A stretch of 64,000 bases of DNA from the NCBI GenBank assembly GCA_049510295.1, contig JBEKZC010000005.1, positions 17,546-81,545 of the forward strand, in the 5' to 3' direction. A model generated the notes under the pieces. The model had not been told where the DNA came from and made no database searches. It saw only the letters and a program-made list of their open reading frames with translations. Below are positions 16,659-25,650 of the stretch, one piece after another (positions within the stretch are counted from its first letter, which is position 1; every line of letters starts with the position of its first letter). The position numbers and the translations under genes are program-made. The stretch is from Verrucomicrobiota bacterium (GTDB lineage Bacteria; Verrucomicrobiota; Verrucomicrobiia; Limisphaerales; UBA11358).

Positions 16659-17174
16659 CTTTTATTCAATAGAATAGGCCACTTTGTAAGTTCTCCCGAC
16701 AAGTTCCCCAAAAAAGTTTTTTTGTTTGGCCTACTTTTGGCCTATTCTAGCTTTCCTTTGCCTTTTCAGGAATGCCGCTCAAAGTTCATCTAGGCCAAAA
16801 TGCGTGACGCTATTCTGACACGTTATTTGTCGGCAACTGTCGGCAACTCTCGACGGTTTTTCACACCGTTGCCGGCCTCGTTTGCTCGGCAAAAAAGCTG
16901 TCGGCAGCGGTTCCCATTCGAGATGCGGAGGAAGTCGAGCGAATACAGCAGGCAGCTTGCACAGTCTCCCCAAGCCCCACGTGACTGAACTACACCAGCC
17001 GAACTGAAACAAATTTACTTTTCCCACGCCGATTTGGCACGAATTTTACCCGCCATATTGAATCATGATTCAAGTTGACCTTACAGCCATTCACTGAGCA
17101 CCATATTCCAAGTTTAGCTTTTTAACCTGAGTGGAAACAATCAACCAAAAAGATTCGTTTATAAAATCAAACCT

Positions 17175-17858
17175 ATGAAACTGACCAAATTCGCCTTCAC
17201 AGCCATCGTGGCGGCGCTCGCGCTATGGGTATCCAACACCAAAGCAAGCACAGGAATTCCAGTATTCGAAAAGCTCAACTTCAGCCTGACCGTCGTGCAA
17301 CAAAGCTTGGACTATTCGAATTCCGCCCCATCCACCTACCTCTCCACCGTCGAAACCGCAAAAATCACCAGCAAGGACCTTTTGAGTTTTTTGGCGACGG
17401 CCTTTAATACAAACTGGCCTACGGGCGCACAACTGGCGCTAAATAATCTTGATAAGCATATTTTTGTCGTGGACAAAACCGGCACGAATCCTGTTTTTGA
17501 CGTCAGCATCGGCATCAATGTCGGCGACACTAATGTCGTTTACTTTAGCTTTGATTCTAACCCCACTGTTTTTAGGGGCAAAGAGGTGCTCAAGACTGGC
17601 GGAAGCCGGAAGGAAGATCACTTTGGGATGATTTTCTTTTTTCTCTTCAGTGAACAGAATGGAGTCACCACCACCGACCTCAGTTTTCAAGGTTTCGACG
17701 CCGCCAAGCTCGTTGAGAGTTTCGGTAGCACGAAGGAGACATTCGGGGTGCATGATGCGGCACTTGTCGGCGGCGACGGTACGCTGAATAGCAAGTGGAC
17801 CGTGGTTAAGGGCAAGGTGACCGGCTTCGGGAAGTCGAAAGTTCTGCCTCCTACATAA
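17175..17858 (+). CDS. hypothetical secreted protein
   Basis: 227 aa with the signal peptide MKLTKFAFTAIVAALALWVSNTKA. No recognisable domain. Confidence 0.6.
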   Translation: MKLTKFAFTAIVAALALWVSNTKASTGIPVFEKLNFSLTVVQQSLDYSNSAPSTYLSTVETAKITSKDLLSFLATAFNTNWPTGAQLALNNLDKHIFVVDKTGTNPVFDVSIGINVGDTNVVYFSFDSNPTVFRGKEVLKTGGSRKEDHFGMIFFFLFSEQNGVTTTDLSFQGFDAAKLVESFGSTKETFGVHDAALVGGDGTLNSKWTVVKGKVTGFGKSKVLPPT

Positions 17859-18315
17859 AGTCTGCAAAAAACGACTTAAAGTTGGTGCGATACGGGTTTT
17901 GCCAACTTGACACACCGCACAGGTGAGAAGCACTTGGTTTCGGACGTCGCGTTGAAACGAAAGTTCGATCTCATTTCACAGACCGTTACCGGTAGTATTC
18001 TCACCCTCGGCGGAATCAAAGCGCGGCCTGGGTTAATTCAAGTGCGACGGGCGGGAATCACTGCACGGATCACTTGATTGCGGGCACGAGCCGAGTTTTG
18101 GGCGTAAAGTGTAACACAGTTTGGCGTCATTTGCAGTTGCCGGTTTCCGGCTGTCCTGAGTCATCCCGGGCGATTCGGGCGCGCCCTGGGGCAATTCTGC
18201 GCACGGCGGGCATCGTGGCGCGTCCGGCACGGCGGCAAATGTCTCCTTTGCTGCTCGGTTTTCGCTCTGAACTGCCCGGCAATGGTTCGTGCGAGCGGCG
18301 AGACGGCAACCCGAA

Positions 18316-18853
18316 TCACAGGCTGGTTTGAGTATAGAGTTTGACCACTTTAGCCACTATTTGCTCGGCTGCCAGTTGGATTGCTTCATCCGTAGTGCCG
18401 GCAAAGGCTGATTTACCGGACTTACCCTTCGGCTTCAAATACCTCAATTTGATTTCCAGAACTTAAATCAGAAACAGTCACATGAACCAAAATGCGCGCC
18501 TGGCCAGCCAAAGCCCCAGCCCATAATCGCGCATTGTCGGAAACCTTGTTGATCTCCTTTATGTCAGCTGCAACCTTTATTCCGCTGCCTGAATTGACGT
18601 CCGCTTTATTCCCGCTCACGCTCGTGAAGTATTGTTTTTCCCTCAAACCAGAAACGATCAAGTCACCAAGCAGATGTTTTTCAGTTTCCAAATCACCCAA
18701 AGAACCGGTGGATTCCACGAAGATAAAGTCCATTGAGACCAGCTTGCTGATCAAAACCGGGCTGTCATTCTTTACCACACCCGACGGCGACGCGCAGCCA
18801 ACAAGGTTCAACAGCACGAACAAAATCGCTGCCAGGTTAAATACACATTTCAT
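18316..18853 (-). pseudogene. lipoprotein gene (DUF4410-like?) with an apparent 1-nt frameshift near the 3' end
   Basis: The lipobox is MKCVFNLAAILFVLLNLVGC. The ORF stops at 18422. Skipping one nt (18424) continues the frame for 35 more codons (KSGKSAFAGTTDEAIQLAAEQIVAKVVKLYTQTSL*) ending at 18316. Confidence 0.5.
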
Positions 18854-19257
18854 TATGCTTGCCAGTGGTTTTGAGTTAAATCCGCTGCATAATAATGCTT
18901 TCACGAATCATTCCAAGGTGTCAAAAGCATAAATTTTGGGCCACTTTTTGATATGGTTCAGGCTTGCGCGATAGCGCGGCGTCCAGAAGCGGAGCACCAA
19001 TTTCAGCATCAACGCGGCGTAGCCACCTAAAAGCGGTTTTGAATTGAATCAGCGGCTGGCGTCTGTCCGGCGGCTTGTGCTCAATCGCGCCGGGTGCGTT
19101 TTGTTTCCTCTTTCAAGTCTTTTTGCAGCCGGGCAAAGGCGGCTTCAAAGGCGTCGTGATCTTTCCAGTTGGAAAAGTCAGGGATGAAATACTCGCGCAG
19201 CTCAACGGCCAAATCTTTGCCGATGTCCGAATCAAAACACTTCCAATCCTTCAACGT

Positions 19258-19302
19258 CTGAAAATCCTTGTGTCGGCGGTTCAATTCCGCCCCCAGCCAC
19301 CA
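19258..19302 (+). repeat. duplicated 3' 45 nt of tRNA-Phe (attR-like)
   Basis: ctgaaaatccttgtgtcggcggttcaattccgcccccagccacca is identical to 16614-16658. Confidence 0.95.
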
Positions 19303-19412
19303 GCCTTCGCCCGCAGCGTAGCGAGGACGAAGGCTGCCGCGCCGTAGCACAGAGTTGCGTAGGTGAGCTGGTAAGACGACTGCCAGCGGGCTACGGCTCG
19401 GCAAGCCAGCCA
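19303..19412 (+). repeat. ~110-nt structured tRNA-trailing element (copy 1)
   Basis: About 85% identical to the reverse complement of 21965-22079, which directly follows tRNA-Ala. It contains the hairpin GCCTTCG..CGAAGGC and a long stem GCCGTAGC..GCTGGTA/TGCCAGC..GCTACGGC. Confidence 0.8.
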
Positions 19413-19523
19413 ATCATTCGGAGCGAGGACTTTCCTGCCACGAATTCCGGGCTACGGATGGCAGGCCAGTTTAATTTTAGGGTTTCGGATTTTGCATTTT
19501 GGCTCTAGAGTTTTGCCAGACGC

Positions 19524-20690
19524 TTGAAAACGCTGCACAAATATCTGACCGGCCGGGTGCTCGCCTCGTTGGTGCTGACGGTGGCAGTGTTCACCTTTGT
19601 GTTGCTGCTCGGCGATGTCATCAAGGAGATTTTGGGCCTGCTCATCAACGGCCAGGCGCGTCCCGGCATTATCTTCCAGGCCATCAGCCTGCTGATTCCT
19701 TTTGTATGGGTCTTTGCGCTGCCCATGGGTTTGCTGACGGCGATGCTGCTGGTGTTCGGCCGTTTCAGCGCGGATCAGGAGCTCACCGCCGCGCGCGCAA
19801 GCGGCGTCAGCCTGCTTTCGCTCATCACGCCCATTTTGTTGTTAAGTCTTTGCTGCTGCGGGTTCAGCGCCTGGATCAACATGGACCTCGGCCCGCTTTC
19901 CCGGGTGGCCTACAAGAAGTTGCTTTTCCAGGTCCGGGCTGAACTGGTGAACGCCCAATTGCCTGAGGGCCGGTTCATTCATGATTTTCCGGGCTATATT
20001 TTTTACACGGAAAAAAATCGCGGCGGCAATTTGCAAGGGGTAATGATCTTCAAGCTCGAAAATGAGACCAACGTGGAGACAACTTTGCGCGCGCCGCGTG
20101 GGCGGTTTGAAACCGACGTGACGAACAAACAACTGATTTTGCACTTGTTCGACGCTCGCAGCGTGACGTTATCTGGACCACGTGTGGGAATCACCGCATC
20201 CCCGGAAATGACATTGAATTTCGACCTGAACACGGCGACGAACCGGCCGGGCAAACCCAAAATCAGCGACATGACGTTCTGGCAATTGCGGGACGAACTG
20301 CGCGATTTGGAGCGACAAATCGGCCTGCCGCCGGAAGCCGCCCTGACATCTGATGAATTGCGCGCCCAAGCCCGGGAACTTGCCAGCCAGCGAAACGATT
20401 TGACCGAGCCGATTCGCGTGGAGATGAACCGGGAGATTTCGTTTTCGTTTGCGTGTTTTGGCTTCACGCTCGTCGGGATTCCTCTCGGCATCCGCATGCA
20501 CCGGCGTGAGACGAACGTTGGCGTCGCCATCGCGCTTTTGCTCGTGCTGGTTTATTACAGCTTCATCATTGCCGGCGAACAGTTGTCCGTACGGCCCGAG
20601 CTGGTGCCGCATTTGATTCTCTGGCTGCCGAATTTTATCTTTCAAGCCGTCGGCGCGGTGCTGCTGTGGCGCGCAAACCGCGGAATTTAA
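19524..20690 (+). CDS. LptF/LptG-family LPS export permease
   Basis: 388 aa starting at a TTG. The N-terminus is [19 protein letters not shown]. It has 6 TM segments with a large periplasmic loop (YjgP/YjgQ architecture). Confidence 0.75.
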   Translation: MKTLHKYLTGRVLASLVLTVAVFTFVLLLGDVIKEILGLLINGQARPGIIFQAISLLIPFVWVFALPMGLLTAMLLVFGRFSADQELTAARASGVSLLSLITPILLLSLCCCGFSAWINMDLGPLSRVAYKKLLFQVRAELVNAQLPEGRFIHDFPGYIFYTEKNRGGNLQGVMIFKLENETNVETTLRAPRGRFETDVTNKQLILHLFDARSVTLSGPRVGITASPEMTLNFDLNTATNRPGKPKISDMTFWQLRDELRDLERQIGLPPEAALTSDELRAQARELASQRNDLTEPIRVEMNREISFSFACFGFTLVGIPLGIRMHRRETNVGVAIALLLVLVYYSFIIAGEQLSVRPELVPHLILWLPNFIFQAVGAVLLWRANRGI

Positions 20691-20693
20691 AAA

Positions 20694-21506
20694 TTACCCT
20701 GCCTTGCGCCGGTAAATTTTGTGTATCGCCGCCTGGTCAACCGGTTTGACGAGCAACTCGTCAATGTTCACGTGCGGCGGGCGGCTGGCAACCCAGACCA
20801 AAATCTCCGCGATGTCTTCCGCCGTCAGGGCGTTTATGCCTTCATAAACTTTTTCCGCCCGCATGGCGTCGCCTTTGAAGCGCACGAGCGAAAATTCTGT
20901 TTCCGCCAGGCCGGGATCAACTGTGCTGACGCGAATGCCGGTGCCGGTTAACTCCATTCGCAGGGCGCGGGTGATTTGCAACTCACCCGCCTTGGCAGCA
21001 CAATACACCGCGCCGCCTTCGTAAGCCGTGTGGCCGGCAACCGAGCCGATGTTGATGATGCTGGCGCCCGCGTCATGCGGCATGAGCGGCAGCGCCGCGC
21101 GCGTCATGCGCAACACACCGAGCACGTTTGTCTGCAACATTGTCTCCCAATCCGCATCCTTGCCCTCGGCGACGCTGTCTTGGCCGTGCGCGCCGCCGGC
21201 GTTGTTGATCAAAACGTGCAAGCGCGTCGGGTCTGGCGTCTGGCATCCGGGGTCTTGGATTTTGGATTTTGCCCAGGCGACGAACGTTTCCACGCTCGGC
21301 GTTTTGGTCACGTCCAAAACGTGAAAATGCGCCTCCCGGGCGCCGGCTTGGCGCGCCTCGGTGGCGACCTTTTCCAGGCGGTCGGTGCGCCGTGCGCCGA
21401 GCAAAAGTCTGGCGCCTTCCGCGCCGAACGCCCGTGCCGCCGCCGCGCCGAATCCACTCGACGCGCCGGTGATTAAAACCCATTTGTCTTTCAACACCGT
21501 TTTCAT
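20694..21506 (-). CDS. SDR-family NAD(P)-dependent oxidoreductase
   Basis: VLITGASSGFGAAAA (TGxxxGxG), NNAG, and the YCAAK active-site motif. Confidence 0.9.
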   Translation of the reverse strand: MKTVLKDKWVLITGASSGFGAAAARAFGAEGARLLLGARRTDRLEKVATEARQAGAREAHFHVLDVTKTPSVETFVAWAKSKIQDPGCQTPDPTRLHVLINNAGGAHGQDSVAEGKDADWETMLQTNVLGVLRMTRAALPLMPHDAGASIINIGSVAGHTAYEGGAVYCAAKAGELQITRALRMELTGTGIRVSTVDPGLAETEFSLVRFKGDAMRAEKVYEGINALTAEDIAEILVWVASRPPHVNIDELLVKPVDQAAIHKIYRRKAG

Positions 21507-21698
21507 GGCTTGATGAATTTATTCAGACGAATTATTTGTTCTTCCGTCAACCTCGCTTCAAAGTTTGAATCTATTCGACAGTTTGTCGAATAAAAAACCA
21601 AGACGCACGGGCAGCCAATGACGACCGCGACAACATCCGAAAGAGTGGACCTTGTGAAAAACGAATGCCCTCCAAATGGCGCGGTTGCGTTTTGAAAT

Positions 21699-21943
21699 TC
21701 AAAGCCGTTTTTTGGCAAAAGCGCGTCCTGAGGCGGTTTTTAAATAATGTTCAAACTTGGCAGCCTGTTCGCGATCGATAAAAGCAATCGCTGTCTTGAT
21801 TCGCCACGGCCGGAATTTGGATGTGTGCGGAACTTCTCCGGCGTTGTGTTTTGAAGCCGGGCACAAAGGCCTTCAGTGCTTCCGGCGTAAAAGTGTTCAG
21901 TAGCAGATTCACTTTGAAGAATGTAAACGTGGTGAAATTACAT
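21699..21943 (-). pseudogene. small GIY-YIG nuclease-family gene, disrupted
   Basis: The reading is ATG-TAA-FHHVYILQSESATEHFYAGSTEGLCARLQ, then a -1 shift in an A4 run, then KHNAGEVPHTSKFRPWRIKTAIAFIDREQAAKFEHYLKTASGRAFAKKRL*. Codon 2 is a stop and there is one frameshift. Confidence 0.65.
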
Positions 21944-21964
21944 TTGTAATCCCCGTATCCGCTA

Positions 21965-22079
21965 CTGAAGAACTGGCTTGCCGAGCCGTAGCCCGCTGGT
22001 AGTGCGTCGTACCAGCCCGCCTACGCGCTATGCGCTTCGGCGCGGCAGCCTTCGTCCTCGCTCCGCTGCGGGCGAAGGC
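21965..22079 (-). repeat. ~110-nt structured tRNA-trailing element (copy 2)
   Basis: It immediately follows the CCA end of tRNA-Ala on the minus strand and is homologous to 19303-19412. Confidence 0.8.
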
Positions 22080-22155
22080 TGGTGGAGCCGACAGGAATCG
22101 AACCTGCGACCTTCTCATTGCGAACGAGACGCTCTGCCAACTGAGCTACGACCCC
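22080..22155 (-). tRNA. tRNA-Ala (anticodon CGC), CCA encoded
   Basis: Manual cloverleaf of GGGGTCGTAGCTCAGTTGGCAGAGCGTCTCGTTCGCAATGAGAAGGTCGCAGGTTCGATTCCTGTCGGCTCCACCA. The G3:U70 Ala identity pair is present. Confidence 0.93.
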
Positions 22156-22396
22156 ATCCACGTCAGCCGCCAATAGCTTCGCCAAAATGATCGCCGGGCG
22201 CAACTGGTTTGTGAACGCAACGGGCGTATTTTGGCACCCAGACATCAAACTGGCGGCTTCCAGCCGCGTGATTCCTCTGCCGTGCCGGTGCTCGGATGCG
22301 TCAGCCCCACGGCAACTCGCCGCTTATCACCAACCGGGAACACGCGACTGAAGTCGGTGTTGGCAATTCCTGTCGCCCTTGCTATTTTCCGGGCGC

Positions 22397-23311
22397 ATGT
22401 CCGACACGGCTGTTGTGGCCCAAACGCCCTCGAAGGCACGAGTGTTTCTCCGCCGGCTGATCACCACGGTGATTCTCTGGACGGTGATTCTCGCGGCTTT
22501 GTTCTCCAGCAGCCGGCTGATTTCCGGCGGCGTTTTCATCCTCATCATGATATTTCTCGCGACGGCCGGACTTGCGGAATTTTACGGACTCGTTGAAAGG
22601 CGCAACCTTGTCTGCTTCAAATGGTGTGGTCTGTCCGGTGGTGTGCTGCTCCTGGTGGGCACGTTTTTGCATCTGACCGGACATCTCGGCATTTACGATT
22701 CGCCGTCGCGCGCGAATGATTTTGAAACGGGTTTCCTCATCCTGTTCGTGCTCGGTTTGTGCGTGCGGCAATTTCTTTCGCGCAGCAACACGGCGGGCAT
22801 TCTGGCGATCTCCACGACCTTGTTTGGCCTGATGTATGTGCCGTGGCTGTTGAACTTCATCCAGAAAATCAATTTTTTCCCCGGGGTGGACGGCAAGTTC
22901 TACGTCCTTTACTTCGTCCTCGTGACGAAATTCAGCGACACCGGCGCGTATGCCGTCGGCTCGCTCATCGGCAAACATAAAATGATTCCACGCATCAGCC
23001 CCGCCAAAACGTGGGAGGGCTTGGGCGGCGCAATTTTTCTTTCGACCGTGGCGAGCCTCGTCTTTGCGCATTTTTTTGGCGATAAAATGGCCGGCATGAA
23101 CTGGCGGCACGCGATGGGGCTGGGTGTTTTGCTGGGTTCGGCGGCAGTTATCGGTGACTTGATTGAATCGCTCTTCAAACGCGAGGCGGGCGTGAAAGAT
23201 TCCGGCGGACTGTTTCCCGGCATCGGCGGCATTCTCGACTTGCTGGACAGTTTGCTGTTCAATGCGCCGATCATGTATCTTTATTTGCGCCATATCCTCA
23301 CGCATCCATGA
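22397..23311 (+). CDS. cdsA: phosphatidate cytidylyltransferase
   Basis: KFSDTGAYAVGSLIGKHKMIPRISPAKTWEG and GDLIESLFKR motifs. The start was moved to the ATG at 22397. Confidence 0.9.
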   Translation: MSDTAVVAQTPSKARVFLRRLITTVILWTVILAALFSSSRLISGGVFILIMIFLATAGLAEFYGLVERRNLVCFKWCGLSGGVLLLVGTFLHLTGHLGIYDSPSRANDFETGFLILFVLGLCVRQFLSRSNTAGILAISTTLFGLMYVPWLLNFIQKINFFPGVDGKFYVLYFVLVTKFSDTGAYAVGSLIGKHKMIPRISPAKTWEGLGGAIFLSTVASLVFAHFFGDKMAGMNWRHAMGLGVLLGSAAVIGDLIESLFKREAGVKDSGGLFPGIGGILDLLDSLLFNAPIMYLYLRHILTHP

Positions 23312-23316
23312 TGGGG

Positions 23317-23340
23317 ATTTACGATTTACGATATACGATT
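23317..23340. repeat. left arm of a perfect 24-bp inverted repeat flanking the four-helix-bundle gene
   Basis: atttacgatttacgatatacgatt. Its reverse complement occurs at 23753-23776. It starts 6 nt after the cdsA stop. Confidence 0.95.
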
Positions 23341-23392
23341 TACGCCCGTGTTGGCAGACCATGATGATTAAACATTCAAAGACTGAACTGCT

Positions 23393-23767
23393 ATGACTCG
23401 TGAAGAAATGAAATCTCGGACGAAGGAATATGCGAATCGCATCGTTCGCGTTTGTGCAGCGCTGCCGAATAATTGGGTCGCGCAAACATTGGGCAAGCAA
23501 CTTCTCCGCAGTGGAACTTCGGTGGGGGCAAACCATCGCGCCGTCTGCCGCGCCAAATCCAACCCGGATTTCATCAACAAGCTTCGTATTGTCGAGGAGG
23601 AATGTGACGAATCGCTTTTTTGGATGGAACTGCTGGTGGACAACAATCTCATCAAGCTGTCCCGACTTGGTGGCCTGATGAAGGAGGCTGATGAAATTCT
23701 GGCCATCATCGTCTCTTCGGCGAAAACCGCGCGAACATCAAATGGACGCGTCAATCGTATATCGTAA
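23393..23767 (+). CDS. four-helix-bundle protein (23S rRNA intervening-sequence protein family)
   Basis: 124 aa with ...LGKQLLRSGTSVGANHRAVCRAKSNPDFINKLRIVEEECDESLFWMELL, which is typical of that family. Confidence 0.85.
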   Translation: MTREEMKSRTKEYANRIVRVCAALPNNWVAQTLGKQLLRSGTSVGANHRAVCRAKSNPDFINKLRIVEEECDESLFWMELLVDNNLIKLSRLGGLMKEADEILAIIVSSAKTARTSNGRVNRIS

Positions 23768-23776
23768 ATCGTAAAT
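23753..23776. repeat. right arm of the perfect 24-bp inverted repeat
   Basis: aatcgtatatcgtaaatcgtaaat. It overlaps the stop of the four-helix-bundle gene and the first two nt of the dxr ATG (23775). Confidence 0.95.
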
Positions 23777-24911
23777 GAAGAACGTTGTTTTACTCGGTTC
23801 GACCGGCTCCATCGGCACCAGCACCGTCAAGGTGGCCGAGGATTTGCCGGACCGCATCCGGCTGGTCGGCCTGGCCGCCGGGAACAACGCCGAACTGTTG
23901 CTCAAACAGGCGCGCAAACACCGGCCCGAGGCGATTTCAATCAACCATCCCGAAAAAGCCCGCGACCTGGGAAAATTCTTCGGGGCGGCGACACAGGTTT
24001 ATTCGGGCGACGAAGGCCTGATCAAACTTGCCACGCTGCCGGCGGCGGACATCGTGCTCATTGCCATCGTCGGCACGGCGGGATTAAAGCCCGCGCTCGC
24101 CGCTATTCGTGCGGGCAAGGATATTGCCATCGCGTCGAAGGAAATTCTTGTGATGGCCGGCGAAATCGTGATGAGCGAGGCGCGCAAACACGGCGTTCGC
24201 GTGCTCGCCGTGGACAGCGAACATTCGGCAATTTTTCAGTGTCTCGATGGCAAGCCGTCCAATTCCGTCCGCAAACTCTGGCTGACGGCGTCCGGCGGAC
24301 CGTTTCGCAACACGCCGAAGGAGGAATTTCCAGACATCACCGTTGAGCGCGCGCTCAAACATCCGTCGTGGGTCATGGGCAAAAAAATCACCATTGATTC
24401 GGCGACGCTGTTCAACAAGGGGCTGGAAATGATTGAAGCGCGCTGGCTGTTTGACATCGGCCTGGAACGTGTGGGCGTGCTGGTGCATCCGCAAAGCATC
24501 GTTCATTCCATGGTGGAATTTGTGGATGGAGCGCTGCTCGCGCAGCTTTCGACGCCGGACATGTGTCTGCCGATTCAATACGCATTGACGTATCCCGATC
24601 GCGCGCCGAGTGAGCGGGTGCAGACCAATTTCGCAAAACTCGGCAATCTGACGTTTGAAGAACCGGATGAGGAACGTTTTCCGGCGCTGAAACTCGCGCG
24701 CCGGGCAGGGGAGGTGGGCGGCACGTTGCCGGCGGTGTTGAACGCGGCGAACGAGGTGGCGGTCGAAGCGTTTGTGAATCGCAAAATTAATTTCCCGCAA
24801 ATCACGGAAATCGTGCGTTGCACGATGGATGCGCACAAAGTTGTGTTGCACCCGGCGCTGGAACAAATTTTGGAGGCTGATGCCTGGGCGCGGTGCGAAG
24901 CGGCAAAATAA
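23775..24911 (+). CDS. dxr: 1-deoxy-D-xylulose-5-phosphate reductoisomerase
   Basis: VVLLGSTGSIGTSTVKV, the SEHSAIFQC motif, and NAANEVAV. Confidence 0.95.
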   Translation: MKNVVLLGSTGSIGTSTVKVAEDLPDRIRLVGLAAGNNAELLLKQARKHRPEAISINHPEKARDLGKFFGAATQVYSGDEGLIKLATLPAADIVLIAIVGTAGLKPALAAIRAGKDIAIASKEILVMAGEIVMSEARKHGVRVLAVDSEHSAIFQCLDGKPSNSVRKLWLTASGGPFRNTPKEEFPDITVERALKHPSWVMGKKITIDSATLFNKGLEMIEARWLFDIGLERVGVLVHPQSIVHSMVEFVDGALLAQLSTPDMCLPIQYALTYPDRAPSERVQTNFAKLGNLTFEEPDEERFPALKLARRAGEVGGTLPAVLNAANEVAVEAFVNRKINFPQITEIVRCTMDAHKVVLHPALEQILEADAWARCEAAK

Positions 24912-24915
24912 AAAA

Positions 24916-24964
24916 ATCGTCCTCGTCCTCGTAATCGAAAAACAAGAGTCGAGGACGAGAACGA
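24916..24964 (+). terminator. hairpin downstream of dxr (low-complexity palindromic repeat)
   Basis: tcgtcctcgtcctcg ... cgaggacgagaacgag, preceded by an A-run. It may be a terminator or another repeat family. Confidence 0.35.
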
Positions 24965-25021
24965 GAACAAAGAACGAGGCCGATTGCGCGCGGCAGGTGG
25001 CGAAATAGACGGCTCCTTCCC

Positions 25022-25273
25022 TCACCGATTTGAAACTTCGGCGGTGCAGCTTGTCCTGATGTTAGGCGACGATTTGCGGACACTCTCATCATTGACTCCT
25101 GTGACGCTCAACTCCAAACCAGTCTGGGTCACGTCGGCAAACAAACGTGCTCCGTCCTCAAACTCAATGCCAAGCGCTCCGTCTCGATGTCTCCAGATTC
25201 GTTTCACGACTTTGCCGCGCAACATTTCAGTGGCGCGATTCGCTTCGTCTTGGAGTGACGATGACATAAACAC
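25022..25273 (-). CDS. small hypothetical protein
   Basis: 83-aa ORF in an otherwise empty spacer. No motif was recognised. Confidence 0.3.
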   Translation of the reverse strand: MFMSSSLQDEANRATEMLRGKVVKRIWRHRDGALGIEFEDGARLFADVTQTGLELSVTGVNDESVRKSSPNIRTSCTAEVSNR

Positions 25274-25412
25274 GTACAGCGGTATACCAGATAATGGACG
25301 GATGCCCGCAAAGTCGGGACAGCCTATCCAGTTTCATGTGCCAACCCTATTTCCGTCGTCCGTGGCTGTCCAGAATGATTTTGGTTCAACGCGCCACCTC
25401 ACCCTGAATCTC

Positions 25413-25518
25413 GTAGCCGCGGACGTCAGTCCGCGCCAAAATAATTCTGGGAAAAGACTTCCAAACCGGGAAGTTTGCGCCGACTGATGTCGGCGGCTAC
25501 GGTTCAGGAATTCAACGC
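25413..25518. repeat. GTAG-type REP doublet (REPIN-like), family 1b, intergenic copy
   Basis: GTAGCCGC-GGACgtcaGTCC-GC ... GCGCCGACtgatGTCGGC-GGCTAC followed by GGTTCAGGAATTCAACGC. It has the same ends as the copy inside tsaD. Confidence 0.85.
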
Positions 25519-25650
25519 TCGCCTTTTTTTGTTGCGGCGTTTTTTCTACCTGAAAAACGGCTGGTGGCGGTAACTTGCGTTCCGTGATTGCGGGCAAAGT
25601 TTTCCCTGATATATTCAGGGCGTCCCTTCGTAAGGGGCGGATTTTTTTAC

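Larger units (their letters stand above)
16659..19257. mobile_element. 2.6-kb integrase-less islet inserted at the 3' end of tRNA-Phe
   Basis: It is bounded by a perfect 45-nt direct repeat of the tRNA 3' part (16614-16658 = 19258-19302). GC is lower, it has an AT-rich 0.5-kb leader, and it carries two exported-protein genes. No recombinase ORF is present. Confidence 0.75.

Noticed and set aside
16659-19257. A search for an integrase or excisionase remnant in the tRNA-Phe islet, covering all six frames of 16660-17174 and 17859-19256.
   Set aside because: I recognised no tyrosine-recombinase box (HxLRH, ..LGH...T..Y.H) or serine-recombinase motif. Only unassignable ORF debris remains, so no recombinase feature is claimed.
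21503-21718. 71-aa ORF overlapping the SDR start and the end of the GIY-YIG pseudogene.
   Set aside because: It has no motif and an odd composition. Its 5' end overlaps the pseudogene's 3' end. It is probably spurious and is left unannotated.
22382-23536. Long antisense ORFs opposite well-supported genes. Examples are 22382-23536 vs cdsA, 24084-25025 vs dxr, 32540-33688 and 33971-34861 vs secDF, 39272-40789 vs ctp, 41984-43339 and 43415-44671 vs hrpB, 49042-50268 vs the phosphorylase, 53250-54125, 4591-5472 and 12382-13191.
   Set aside because: They are Arg/Pro/Gly-rich low-complexity translations with no recognisable motifs. Each lies opposite a gene with clear family signatures. This is typical shadow-ORF behaviour in GC-rich DNA.
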